From: Eledone cirrhosa
Taxonomy: Eukaryota
DNA: 64,000 nt
Reading direction: 5' to 3'
Assembly (NCBI GenBank): GCA_964016885.1
Contig: OZ024740.1
Location: 100,254,001 to 100,318,000, forward strand
A program made the position numbers and the translations under genes. Positions 14,411 to 27,453 of this stretch are shown here, piece after piece; position 1 is the stretch's first letter; each line of letters begins with the position of its first letter. The notes beneath the pieces were generated by a model that was not told where the DNA came from, did no database searches, and saw only the letters and a program-made list of their open reading frames with translations.

Positions 14411-17400
14411 ATCACCCTCGTCATTATTTTCATTATTTTTACACCCTGTGCTTTATGCTGACATCGATTGGATGGGGTATTTTGAGGTGTTGTTTTATGG
14501 CTAGATGCCCTTTCTTGTGTCAATCCTATTAACCACATTTAAAAAAACATATGAATATGTTTTCTTATCCTAAAATTCGAGATAGTCACAGTATGCCATG
14601 TAATATTCAATTTAAATAAAACAATACAAATAATTATTGTTTTAGGGCTGCAACACAGAGGAGGGATATAACAGAAAGCCTGTAAGGAAGCTCTCTATGC
14701 TCCCTGCTAGAAATAGCAGCCAACGCTTCCTTGATTCATACTACAAAAACTTGTATACATTAAACAATATGGTCTGTGGTGGGTTGTGCCTCTGAAAAGG
14801 ATTTGGGGGTTATAACTGGAATGTTTTTAATGATATGTCTCCTCAATTAAGGCTCACTTGGGACTAAATAGCAACAATATGACAACAATTATGAAGGTTC
14901 TATCTTGATACACAGTGTTACAAACAAATCAGGGAAACTCAAAACATCCTTTAAAATGAAGAGCAAATTAAATTTTCTGATCCCATTTCAGGCAATAGGA
15001 AGAAACTGATTATGAATATTGATGCTGATCAAAGGTTTTACTTCATTGGTTACCTTTGTGTCCAATCTGATATCAGGGAAAACTCTAGCATTGAGTTATA
15101 ACAATAAAATCAATCTGGGATAATACATATAGGTTGTTCCATGTGTATCATCAGAACTATTTAAAAGCAACTATGTAAGCTATACAAGCCTGTACCAGAC
15201 GTTGGTGCTTGGATGGGCACTCTGAAAAATGAATGTATTTCAGAAAGTTTTTTTTATAAACGCTATTTTCTAAATATGAGGGTATACCATTGAAACATAG
15301 GAGGCAGTGACATCCTGCACCTATCATCATTAGAGGCTGGCCTGAAAACATGACCCTTTCGGATATCAAACCTCCCATTTAAGACGCTATTTTCTTAAAG
15401 TATATCTAAAGCAGTGGATCACAAACTTGTTTTGGTAGGGTTTAAGATGGTAAAATATATTAGTGATCTATAGTCAATATTCTGCAGGGAGATCAAACAG
15501 TTTTTCTCTATTGTAATTATAATCCATCGTGGTGTCATAATGAGAACTAAGTTAAGCTTTGCTTGGTATTCTAGGAGGTGCAACTCATCGATTAAAGTGA
15601 TTATGGTGATCTCTTCCCTGTTTAGTACAGAGCCAATGATGTTTGCAAGTTCCACAAAGAATTCTTCTTTCTCTTTGTCTGAATATGAGTCATTGCAGAC
15701 ACCAACCTAGGAAGACATGAATTGATGGCCTTAAGGAAACCCTGATGACGCATGACATCGACTTCCAACTTGTTGCAGAACAACAACAGCATTTACCTAT
15801 GACACCTACAACAGTACAATTAGAAAAATAAATTGAGTAAAGAAAGATGTTGCATATGGGTCTTCGATTTTCTCAAATATACCTCAGCAGAACCATTCAA
15901 AATTAACTATGTAACTCATCTATTAGGTCATTGAATCACCACTTGAAGACTTTCATGTGATGTGTATCCCAAACTTCCTTTGCCATGGAACCCTTTTACA
16001 ATTTTCCAAAAATTAAAACAAGCCATAACTAATTTTAAAAGTACATGAATCAATAATTGTTTTGGCGAGTGACTTTATTCATGTAATAAAAACATGATAC
16101 AATTGCATAAAATTTAATTAAAATACACCTTATATCACAGAATCCTAGCATTTTCCTCATAGAAGCTGCTGTGGAAAACACTGATTTAGTACAAATCCAC
16201 TTTGCACAGGCCCATCTTTCTTGAAGCTTCCTTTGTGAGGGGATTTGAACCTCAAAACTACAAGCTAACAAAACATACCCGTCTACAGTTATATCATCTA
16301 AGCCATTGTCTAGTTATAATGATAGGATATAAAAAAATAGTTTGTGGTCCAATTCCTTTTTAACATAGTCAGCTCCAGCTATCAATAATATAAGAAGTAA
16401 CAAGATAATGACAGATTTTCTATGTAGCTGTTTGTGCTGCTAAATCTCTCTCAAATGACACCGATCTTAGCTAATGTATTCCTAGATACACTATTTCTGA
16501 ATAAATGACTTGATAATGGCTGTTATACTTGTGTTCATAAGTCTACTTTATCATGACTTAAATGTTAAAAACAAAAATAGTAACAAAGGCTAGAAAGTTA
16601 TGAGATCCACATTAGACAGAATTCCAGCAAAACCATTCTGCACCAAAGAAAAGAAACCCTATATTTACCAAACCACTAAAAAAAAACTGGCTTACAGACA
16701 TGTCATGTCCTTCGTATGACTCCTGTCATCCTAGAACTTTTCAAGTATTTACCATTAAATATACTTGCTTCTTCTCTTCTTATGCACCCATCAAACCCAT
16801 ACAATGCTATTTTTTCATAGAAATGCAATTCTCTAACACTCCATATCTGATTACATTTCCCACCCAAACATTGATTTACTGAAGTTTCAACTAAATGCCA
16901 GTAGAAAATATCCTGGGGATGCCTCTTGCATGAAAAAACATAGTTATATGTGTGCTAAATATAGTGCTAAACTAAAAAGAATAATTGCTCACTTGAAATT
17001 ATATTTGCATGGTCCACCTTATTAATCACATCAGTCTTAAGAAGGAGAATCTTTATGTGGTTACTGAACCTACTAGAAATAACTATCAAACCTCTTTCAG
17101 ATTATACTCTCCCATCTTTAATAAAGGAAAGATACATTCAATTATATAGCCTTGGCCATAGTCTGAAGTAGGAACAGGCTGTCTTTGATCATAAATATGT
17201 TTGATGAGTGCTGAGTTAGGTCTAACCAACAACAATCGTGAAAATGTTCATTCATTCAGCTAGAAATATTAGCCAAATCTCCCTCAAATTGCACTATATA
17301 GTCCTAAAACAGGAGAGAATAGATTTGTTCTTAATACACGAAATCAACATTATGTTGTCCTTAATATAGCGCACCAAAAGAAAAAATGGTATCATTATAG

Positions 17401-18083
17401 CTTGAATATAGGATCTGATTACCACAACAAACATATCATCAATATTTTATTACTACTTTTGATATTATGAGTTGGATCGGACATTACAGTCCGAGTCAGT
17501 TCTTATTTGAAGGTATTATCCTCCTACTATGTGAAAGAAACACATCTAGCTGATACATACTATTTCTGGCATGGTTTCAATCATTGGATACTCTTCCTAA
17601 CACCAACTACTTTTTGGAGTGTATTGGGTGCATTTTGTCACGATACCAGCACTAGAATGGTTATCATGTCCTTAATGTGACCAAAGAATCCTCTCTACAT
17701 TGCTTTCTCAACTTTTGATCATCAATCAGTTTATTGCAAATATTTTATCATATGACCAACACTAGAAAGGTTTCTTTTTTTCCTACAAACAAACTAACCC
17801 TACTTTTAAGTCAAATAGTGAGCAAGAGTGTGAATAGAATATGAGTGATGGCAAAGCTGGAAGAGGAGAGATTATGAATAAAAGTGTGATCGGGTAAACA
17901 GAGTGATACGATGGTAAAGGAAGAATTAATAGAAGAAAGTGTGATAAATACGTGCTGTTTGTTGAATATTGGTAGCAGGTTGAAAAGATGACAATTAGAA
18001 CAATCACTATTACCATCATAACGTCAGAGATTAACAAGCAAAAACTAATTTCTTTCTCTACATATATACCATTTACTTTCTAA

Positions 18084-18200
18084 AAATAAATACAATACAA
18101 TAAAATACAATAAAATAAAATAAAATACTATAGAATAAAATACAATAGAATAAAATAAAATGAAATAAAATACAATAAAATAAATAAATAACTAAATAAA
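18084..18200. repeat. (AAAAT/AATAC)n pentanucleotide repeat
   Basis: Direct reading. Confidence 0.85.
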
Positions 18201-18672
18201 AGCAAAGCAAGAAAAATAACTAAGTTAAAGTTATCTAACCATATATGAAATAATTTGCATTGAATAAGAGAAACCAAACAATACTTTCTCAGAGTTATTT
18301 TATTTTTAATATTTCCACATATATAATTTTTTTCTTTGTTTCTTTATTATCATTTTGCTATTTTATCTTGGTGTTGTCTTGTGAATTGAGAGCAAAGTTC
18401 ATACCGTTCAGAATCTAACTTTGCTAATATTCTTTTTGATCTGCTGTTTTCTGTAAAGATTACATCTTTCAGACTGAATAATTCATTATAAAACTCACTA
18501 TTGAGTGAATTATGATAATCACTGGGCCTGGTGGCTAGTAGGTTCTTTGTTTATATGTTTATATGAAGCTTTCCTCTTATTTTCACCACTTTATATACAT
18601 GTTTGTAACTCAGTATGTATGTATACACACATATATAGGTGTATGTGTGAGGTGTGAGTGTGTGTATGTGTG

Positions 18673-19011
<339 letters not shown>

Positions 19012-19294
19012 TCCTGTGTAGGAGCATTTATGTGTGTGTATGTATATGTGTGTGAGTATTTCGAGATTGAAATCTGAAAAAACAATAAAAATTAACCCCA
19101 GTTTTTATGAATTTGAATAAACAAACAGTTAAAATATATTTACTCAGAATTCATTTACTTAAAATGTCGACATTTGGTATATGTATGTGTCTATATCTAT
19201 CTATATATGTATCTATCTATATATCTATATCTCTATATATATACATATGTACACACACGCACACACACATGCACACATACACACACACACACAT

Positions 19295-19334
<40 letters not shown>

Positions 19335-19498
19335 TTGAAATAAGTGCTTCCCAAAACAAATGACCATATTAATTATCAATCACAATTATGAGAGATGATC
19401 AAGTAATATACTTTACTTTTACACCTATTATTTTGGGTAATCGACTATTATTATATCCATCTACATTAAAACGTTTACATTTCATATATATATATATA

Positions 19499-20632
19499 CT
19501 AGCAGCTGAGCCCGGTTGCACCCTCTTTTTATTAAGTTAATAATTTGAAAAATATTATTGAAAGTTTATTATAAAGAAGCAGTTTCAGGAAAAAAAATAG
19601 AAATACGCACTTGGGGCTGGACGGCGTACAATGAGAAGTGGAGCGACGTGAAAAGCGTTGTTTGTTAACAGCGAAATAGCAATGTCGATGATATGCAATT
19701 TGAAAAATACTACTTATTGTTAGTGGTGGTTAACATGTATTAGAATTAAAATAAAAACACGCATCCCTTCTTCGCAATTTAAGCGTTTGGCGATACTTGG
19801 TTTTAGTGTCCTAAATTATCATCATCGACATTCGATTATTAGCTCCACCCACTACACGATACGTCACGACACGTCATCAGCTGCGGCTTGATTTTTACAT
19901 GTTCATTTTCTTACATGCTTCATTTTTACACGAAAAAACATTGAATTTTTAGAATAAATATTTATTAAAATATTAACAGAGAAAATTAGATTTTTGATTT
20001 ATTTTTTTAACAAAATAAATATTTATTTACAGTTTTTCACAGAAGAACTATGCTTCATTTTTACATGAATATTTATTTACAGTTTTTAACAGAAAAAAAA
20101 TTTGCTGCGAAATACATTTTTTTTTAACAGATTTACAGTTTTTAACAACAGAAAAAAAATTTCTTTAAACAATATATTGTTGCGATATACAGTTTAAAAT
20201 TGTTTCAAAACATTTACTTTCGTGACGTCTCGTGTAGTGGGTGGAGCTAATCATTGAATGTCGATGATGATAATTTAGGACACTAAAACCAAGTATCGCC
20301 AAGGGTTTTATTTCTTTTGATGGAAAACAGTGACCGTACTTCAGAATCGATTTCATAAAACGGTACTGTATGATCGTTAAATGTAGAAGGATGATGAAAT
20401 TGTAAATAAGACAAAAGTATTAGAATAGGGGAAATAACTCACCGAACGCGATAGTTTTGGGGCCCCAGGGACCACACTTTTCAAGTTAGAGATTTGAAAC
20501 CTCGTTTATTTGCTTCCTTGGCACCTTTTACTTAGGTGTGTAAATTTTCATGTCAGTCCGACCACGTCTACTACCATTTAACCGTGCACATTCGAATTTC
20601 AACCACCGCCCATTTCACAAATATATATTAGA
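19499..20632 (-). mobile_element. Non-autonomous Helitron
   Basis: Minus strand begins TC (A|TCTAATATATAT) and ends with a GC-rich subterminal segment GGGTGCAACCGGGC then CTAG|T; inserted between A and T in (TA)n; internal 85 bp inverted repeat. Confidence 0.7.
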
Positions 20633-21094
20633 TATATATATATAATTGAAAATGAATGAACAAAACACAGGAGGAAATTGTACACAGTTATGTTAGGTTC
20701 ATGTGTGTATGTTTCTGTTTATGCATTTTAAATGTTCCCACAGCTTCTTAAGTAAACAACTTTGTTTGTATATATATACATATATATATATAACCGAGCA
20801 TTATAATAAGTTTTCGGTAAACCCATATGTACATATATATATGTGTGCATGTATCTATACATACTACTGTACGTCTGTATACATATATGTATGTTCGTAT
20901 ACATACATACTTACATTTAAGTACCAACCGTACTAAGAGTGAGAAATGAAATTGCGTTTCATTCTTTTCCATTTATCGTTTTCGGTGCGCCCGGCCGGCT
21001 AACTCACTCGATATGCAAATTAGGCTGATCAGCCGTTAATATGCATAAGGAAAGTATATACTTTCAGACGTTCAACCATTTGACAGAAACCTAT

Positions 21095-21137
21095 ACGATC
21101 CTGCCGATAGCTAATAAGGTTGAAACTAGTACATCGT
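21095..21137 (+). ncRNA. Hammerhead motif, family A, core mutated (CTGCCGA)
   Basis: ACGATC-CTGCCGA-TAGCTAATAAGGTT-GAAACTAGTA-CATCGT. Confidence 0.7.
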
Positions 21138-21284
21138 TCCTGTGTCAGTGTTGTACAAAAAGGTGACGATGGTTGCCTGAACACTGTACGGCGTAATTCG
21201 GGCTGTTTCTTTGTTTACAAACAAACCGAGCATTATAATAAGTGTTCGGTAAATCCATACGTACATATATATATATGTGTGCAT

Positions 21285-24200
21285 CCACTGTTCTTCTAGC
21301 CCTCAATTTTCCCACCGTTATGGATGGATGAGCTGGGAATACACGAGCAACTCTGAATCAATAGATGAAATATGAATCTGCGAGCTACCAAGCACCCACG
21401 TGAAGCGCCAACCCAGAGACCCTCCCCTACGAGTGTCGACAAATGCCCAAAACTCCGAGTTGGTACCATCAATGTAGGCTCAATGAAAGGAAGAGCAGGA
21501 GAAATCGTAGAAATGCTAGAGCGAAAGGAAGTTGATGTATGCTGTGTGCAAGAGACTAGATGGAGAGGAGGGTCTGCTAGAGTCCTTGTAGGAAAAAGCC
21601 AGTGCTACAAATTTTTCTGGGTGGGAAATGACGATGGGATGGGTGGTGTAGGTATACTATTAGCTGACAAGTGGGTAGATAAAGTAATCTCAGTGTACAG
21701 GGTAAATGCAAGAATCATTAAACTTAGACTAGTCCTGAATAAGACAATTACCACAATAATATCAGCTTACGCACCCCAATCGGGGCTGCCAGACGAACTT
21801 AAGGATAGGTTTTATGAGTCCCTAATACACACTACTGCTCTAACAGACGACAAGGACTTCCTAATCATTGCAGGAGATTTTAACGGACACGTAGGTAAAC
21901 ACTGCGACGGCTTCAATAGAGTACATGGAGGCCATGGAGTTGGCACAAGGAATGAGGAAGGATTCAGACTTCTAGAATTCTGCGACGCCAATGACATGTC
22001 GATATGTAACACAAACTTTAAAAAACCCGACAACCACCTGATCACCTATAGATCAGGGGAGCACTCTAGTCAGTTAGATTTTATCCTCATCAGAGGACGT
22101 GACAGATGGACGGTCGTAAACACAAAAGCCTTCCCTAGTGAGGAATGTACATCCCAACATAGCTTAGTTGTCAGCGACCTCACGGTCAGAACTAGACGAG
22201 CCCTGAAACAGAGGCCAACCTGGAGAAGAAAGATCTGGAAGCTGAAAGTCCCCTCAACCAGTAAAAGATTTAAAGATATTTTACTCAACGCCTACGACAG
22301 TAAAGAAGAACAGATAGAGACATTTAACGTAGAAGAGAACTGGGAGTTCCTAAAAAATAACTTACTAGAGGCGACGGATGAGGTTTGTGGCTGGAGTAAG
22401 ACCTCAAGCAGGAGGAGAGTGACTTGGTGGTGGAACAATAAGGTAGATGAAGCAGTCAAGGCCAAGAGACAGGCATGGAAAGAATGGAAGAACGGGGGGA
22501 GCAGGGTACATTACATAGAGACCAAGAGGGAAGCTAGGCGACAAGTATACTTAGCTAGGAGGGAAGCAGAGGATAGAAAATTCAAGCATGTTTTACAACG
22601 TGAGGACCAGAAACAGGAGGTATTCAAGATTGCGAGGCAGTGTGTCAGAGATAGTTGTGATGTCATTGGAGAGAAGTGTATCCGGAATGATAAAGGTGAG
22701 ATTGCCCTCACAAGTGCTGAGAAGAAAGATGCATGGAAGAGTCATTATGATAGATTAATAAATGAGGAGAATGCATGGGAAGAAGAGACCCTACCCCACG
22801 TAGACCCTATAGAGGGACCAGCAGTACAAGTCAGCGGCAGCGTAGTAAGTAAGGCAATCAGAGATATGAAGATAGGGAAGGCAACCGGTCCATCGGGTAT
22901 AGCTGCCGAGATGCTGAAGGCATCTGGGTCTGTAGGTCACACTATAACCACACGTATCGTTAACCAGGTAATACTAGAGGGGGCCATACCAAAAGATTGG
23001 TGCAGTAGCATCATTGTCAACTGCTACAAAGGTAAAGGCGATGCACTAGATAGAGGAAACTATAGAGGTATAAAGTTGATGGACCAGGTCATGAAAGTAA
23101 CAGAAAGAGTTATAGCACAGCTGATTAGGGACCGGGTGAATATAGACGAGATGCAATTTGGGTTTGTACCAGGGAAAGGCACCACTGATGCCCTCTTCCT
23201 TGTGAGGCAATTACAGGAAAAGTACCTAGCTAAAAGTAAGCCACTCTACTTGGCATTTGTCGACCTTGAGAAAGCCTTTGACAGAGTTCCACGTGCAGTA
23301 ATCTGGTGGGCTCTTAGAAAACTAGGAGTAGATGAATGGCTTGTGAAAGCGGTACAAGCCATGTATAGGGGAGCAGTCAGCAAAGTTAGGATTGGCAATG
23401 AGTATAGCGAGGAATTTAGCGTACAGGTTGGGGTCCACCAGGGCTCTGTTCTTAGCCCTCTCCTGTTCATCATAGTCCTGCAGGCAATAACGGAGGAGTT
23501 TAAGACCGGATGCCCATGGGAACTCCTGTATGCTGATGACCTCGCACTCATAGCTGAATCTATGGTAGAACTAGAGAATAAATTCCAAACCTGGAAGCAG
23601 GGACTAGAGAGAAAGGGCCTCAAAGTCAACATGACAAAGACTAAGGTCCTTGTAAGTAGACGAGAAAACAGAACCCAGATCCCCTCAGGGAAATGGCCTT
23701 GCTCAGTATGTAGGAAAGGTGTAGGTAGAAACTCCATTCTCTGCCCCAAATGCAAACAATGGGTACACAAGAGATGTAGCGGGATCTCAGGAAGCTTAAT
23801 TAAGAATGTAGGATTCACATGCAGCAGCTGTGCTGAAACAGCAAGCAAACAGCCACAGGAAACAAGTACCACCAATCTCTGGGAGGGCCCTGTAGAAACA
23901 GTAGACAGCTTCTGCTACCTAGGTGACCGAATTAGCAACGGAGGTGGGTGCTCAGAAAGTACAATAACTAGGGTAAGAACGGGATGGAAGAAGTTTAGGG
24001 AACTACTACCACTGCTAGCTGCAAAAGGCTTCTCCCTCAGAATGAAAGGCAGACTGTATGATGCGTGTATCCGAACAGCGATGTTGCATGGTAGTGAGAC
24101 CTGGGCGCTGAAGGTGGAAGACTTACGTAGATTAGAGAGAAACGAAGCCTGCATGCTCCGATGGATGTGTAACAGTAATATACGTGAACGACAAAGCATA

Positions 24201-24797
24201 AAGGAATTGAGAGAGAGACTGAGCATAAGAGGAATCAAATGCTGCGTGCAGGAGAGGCGGTTACGCTGGTATGGACATGTGATGCGTATGAAGGATGACA
24301 GCTGCATAAAAAGGTGCAGAGCACTAGAAGTTGATGGAAACCGCGGAGTGGGGAGACCCAAGATGACTTGGGATGAGGTGATAAAAGCCGACCTTACCCA
24401 ACTACACCTCTCAAAGTCAATGACACACGACCGTGACTTCTGGCGTCACGCAGTAATACAGGGTACCCGACCTCCCATGGGTACATGCTGAAGCATATAA
24501 ACAATATGCCCCCCCCCCCCTCCACCGCAAGGTGGCCGTGGAGGTGCCACGGCAAAAAAGCACCCAGCCCACACTGTAAAGTGGACGTGTAGGCGCCACG
24601 AAAAAGCACCCAGCACTCACTGTAAATGAGGTTGGTGTTAGGAAGGGCATCCAGCTGTAGAAATCAAGCCAGATCAGTTCCTGTATGAGCAAGGCATGGT
24701 CAGCCGACCAGACACTGCCCACAACAGGACAACCCGTCTAACCCATGCTAGCGTGGAAGAACGGACGTAAAACGGTGATGATGATGATGATGATGAT
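21285..24797 (+). mobile_element. Full-length RTE-clade LINE
   Basis: 87 bp 5' UTR, single ORF, 3' UTR with about 44 bp repeats, (GAT)n tail. Confidence 0.95.
21372..24491 (+). CDS. RTE ORF: APE endonuclease + reverse transcriptase + PHD-type zinc finger (1039 aa, uninterrupted)
   Basis: GTINVG, VQETRW, SAYAPQ, AGDFNGHVG, LDFIL (EN); FVDLEKAFDRV, GVHQGSVLSPLLF, LYADD (RT); CSVC..CPKC..HKRC..CSSC. Confidence 0.97.
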   Translation: MNLRATKHPREAPTQRPSPTSVDKCPKLRVGTINVGSMKGRAGEIVEMLERKEVDVCCVQETRWRGGSARVLVGKSQCYKFFWVGNDDGMGGVGILLADKWVDKVISVYRVNARIIKLRLVLNKTITTIISAYAPQSGLPDELKDRFYESLIHTTALTDDKDFLIIAGDFNGHVGKHCDGFNRVHGGHGVGTRNEEGFRLLEFCDANDMSICNTNFKKPDNHLITYRSGEHSSQLDFILIRGRDRWTVVNTKAFPSEECTSQHSLVVSDLTVRTRRALKQRPTWRRKIWKLKVPSTSKRFKDILLNAYDSKEEQIETFNVEENWEFLKNNLLEATDEVCGWSKTSSRRRVTWWWNNKVDEAVKAKRQAWKEWKNGGSRVHYIETKREARRQVYLARREAEDRKFKHVLQREDQKQEVFKIARQCVRDSCDVIGEKCIRNDKGEIALTSAEKKDAWKSHYDRLINEENAWEEETLPHVDPIEGPAVQVSGSVVSKAIRDMKIGKATGPSGIAAEMLKASGSVGHTITTRIVNQVILEGAIPKDWCSSIIVNCYKGKGDALDRGNYRGIKLMDQVMKVTERVIAQLIRDRVNIDEMQFGFVPGKGTTDALFLVRQLQEKYLAKSKPLYLAFVDLEKAFDRVPRAVIWWALRKLGVDEWLVKAVQAMYRGAVSKVRIGNEYSEEFSVQVGVHQGSVLSPLLFIIVLQAITEEFKTGCPWELLYADDLALIAESMVELENKFQTWKQGLERKGLKVNMTKTKVLVSRRENRTQIPSGKWPCSVCRKGVGRNSILCPKCKQWVHKRCSGISGSLIKNVGFTCSSCAETASKQPQETSTTNLWEGPVETVDSFCYLGDRISNGGGCSESTITRVRTGWKKFRELLPLLAAKGFSLRMKGRLYDACIRTAMLHGSETWALKVEDLRRLERNEACMLRWMCNSNIRERQSIKELRERLSIRGIKCCVQERRLRWYGHVMRMKDDSCIKRCRALEVDGNRGVGRPKMTWDEVIKADLTQLHLSKSMTHDRDFWRHAVIQGTRPPMGTC

Positions 24798-25752
24798 ATA
24801 CATACTACTGTACGTCTGTATATATATATGTATGTACGTATACATACATACTTACATTTAAGTACCAGCCGTACTAAGAGTGAGAAATGAAATTTCGTTT
24901 CATTCTTTTCCATTTATATATATATATATAATTGTCTTACTTGAATATGCATACATAAACAATGAAGCAACGACATAGGAAGAAACTGAGCATAACAGAA
25001 ATAAAATGCAGTGTGCAAGACAAAAGACTTTGCTGGTATAGATACATGATGCATATGAATGATGATCGTTAGTTGAAAAATGCCAGATCTAAATGGAAGG
25101 AAGCTGCAGAAGAGGAAAAACTGGACAGAAATGGTGAGAGCTCTCAGAATGCTGAATCTTAAAGAGGATGCAATAAGCAGAGGAATGTTGTGCTAGGGAA
25201 GATCTTCCCCATGTACACAAGTTCGAAAAAAAAATGGTGATGCTACATATATGCATACACATGCATACTCACACACAAACACACACACATGCACTGACAT
25301 ATACATATATATATATTCTTCTTCTTCGTGCTCTTTTTCGATGGGACTTGGGTCTTCATAAGTCAGCAATCTCAGAGGCATCATCGGGTGTAGAGCCAAC
25401 CAGGTCCACCAGTACCCACTATTGCTGGCAGCCTTCTGCTAGCCCTCCGCATCCTTTAATACAAACATATATACAGATACATATATATAAATTTATGCAC
25501 AACACACCATATATATGAAGATCCAAAGTAAATTTAATTTAGACTTAACTACACTTTTTAAATTACAAGTTTTGCTTTGAAAATAAGTTTAATGAGACTT
25601 TTTCTTATTCACTATATGCACAGAAAATTATTAGAGACTTGACTTCAACCCATCTAGAAGGACAATAAATCTAAATAAAATCTTACTTAGACTGCAGCAA
25701 CCCATCCAATACATGGAGATCATTGAAAGGGGACTTTATATTATGAGGATAA

Positions 25753-25947
25753 TAATTGTTTCTACTTTTGGCACAAGGCCAGCAATTAACCAGTGTATTA
25801 CTGGTACTTTATTTTTTATCGACCCCGTAAGGATGAAAGGCAAAGTTAACCTCGGCGGGATTTGAACTCAGAATGGCAAGGGCCGTAACTCTATGCGTCA
25901 AAGCATGGCGTCCGACCATCTACCGATACTGCCAATCCACCGCCCTT
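25753..25947 (-). mobile_element. Meta-type SINE, full length
   Basis: Reverse complement of the 1869 family; TSD TATTATGAGGATAATAAT. Confidence 0.88.
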
Positions 25948-27233
25948 ATTATGAGGATAATAATGAAAATGATGTATATAATCATTGTGACTGTTTAATG
26001 TATATTTGCCATGACTGCATTGATTATGAGGCTTGATAAGGCTAATAACTGTGTCTTACACATACACTCTGTTTGGCTTGGCTTTCTAAACTTGGATGAT
26101 CTTCCTAATCCCAACCACATTTCCGCATCTACTGGGAAGTTTTTTTGGTGGTCCCAGCACTACGACCTCACACACACACACACACTTGATAATATAATGT
26201 ATGTTTATTTTAAAACATTTTGAAGACCTTTCTCTATGAGTTTTAAAGTACTGACTATGTCACTTATTTAATCTCGGCAAAAACAAAGAGAAGCAACCGA
26301 CAGCCGTTTCTCAATCGTTATGATGTATGAACATAAATAAATAATACATATATATATTTATTTATTCATTCAATTTAAACGTGCTAGTAAGCTATGAGAG
26401 ACATGGGTAGTATTGAATAATCCTTACAGTTGGTAATCAAAAAGAGCTAGTGAGACAAATATTAAAAAATAAAATAAAAAAAAATAAAAGAAAAAAACTA
26501 AAATTTAAATTTAAAAAAAAGAGAAAAGGGGAAATGAAATAAAATAACGAAAATAACATTTCAAATATTGAAGGCCAATAGGAGGCAGATTATGTCTAAG
26601 AAAATAAAAAGGAAGATAGGAAACAAGGGAAGCTATAAAACATTTAGAAGTTTCACTTGTTGAAACTTTTTGTAGTTTCCATGTCCTCAAATGTTTTGTT
26701 TATATTTGGAAGACCTGTAATCAAATATTGAACTTCCAATCTTGGTAGGTTTTTAAGGATTGGTTTATATATAAGCCATCATACATGCACCATTCTCTCC
26801 ATTCTTTGTCAGTTGATGCACTTGGAATATTGTTTTTTCTTTATAATTTACTGAAAGGCATAAGCTACCCTGTCTTTGTCTCTACATGTTTTGTTATGTT
26901 CCAATGAGCACTGGAATGAGCGGTATCAATGTTAATGTTGTCCTGATTTCCAGAGACTAAGTGGGGAGATGAGACTGTCCTTTTTCCCATTGTCTTTGTT
27001 CTGTGTGTCCCACTGTTTTGAATTTATATCCTAAAGACATGTCAGCTTTTTCAAAACTATATATATATATTAAAACAAATTTCGCTCTACATGGCTGAAT
27101 ATAATAAATGTAATTTGAGTTTTTCGAATATTAATAATAACATTCGATTCGTTTTCAATTATGCAAACAAGCCTCAATTTAAATAGCCATGTGGGTAGAA
27201 TGAACACTTCATTCTTGCTCTTATGTTGACATG

Positions 27234-27297
27234 TGAACATAACTGCAGACCCTAATGTTTCTGGGTACCACCCTTCGTCAGTACAGCTCACTGTTCA
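27234..27297 (-). ncRNA. Type I hammerhead motif (family A')
   Basis: Minus strand TGAACAGTGAGCTGTA-CTGACGA-A-GGGTGGTACCC-A-GAAAC-ATTAGG-GTC-TGCAGTTATGTTCA. Confidence 0.75.
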
Positions 27298-27354
27298 TCT
27301 GCCAAAAAGTCAGAGCTAGTGAAAATATGTGCTATTTTCAAAAATACACAGTGA

Positions 27355-27453
27355 CTGATCGGCCTGATTTGCATATTAGCAAACTGGCGGATCAACTAGA
27401 TCTACATATTAGCAGATCCACTGATCAGCCAGATTTGCATATCAGCAGACTGA
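27355..27453. repeat. 3 x 33 bp minisatellite containing the octamer ATTTGCAT
   Basis: CTGATCGGCCTGATTTGCATATTAGCAAACTGG / CGGATCAACTAGATCTACATATTAGCAGATCCA / CTGATCAGCCAGATTTGCATATCAGCAGACTGA. Confidence 0.85.

Larger units (their letters stand above)
20792..24916 (+). mobile_element. Family A hammerhead retrozyme-like element copy 1 (432 bp period), interrupted by the full-length RTE
   Basis: CCGAGCATTATAATA recurs at 20794 and 21226; element resumes at 24798 after the RTE and ends at the family 3' end CATTT|ATATA. Confidence 0.8.

Noticed and set aside
2800-18000. Short non-TE ORFs as host exons
   Set aside because: No recognisable protein similarity; a small exon cannot be excluded without transcript data
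21285-21371. HDV-like ribozyme in the RTE 5' UTR
   Set aside because: Known in some RTEs, but I could not build a convincing nested double pseudoknot by eye
23246-24361. Long antisense ORFs within RTE copies
   Set aside because: Shadow frames of the sense RT ORF, broken at different places in siblings
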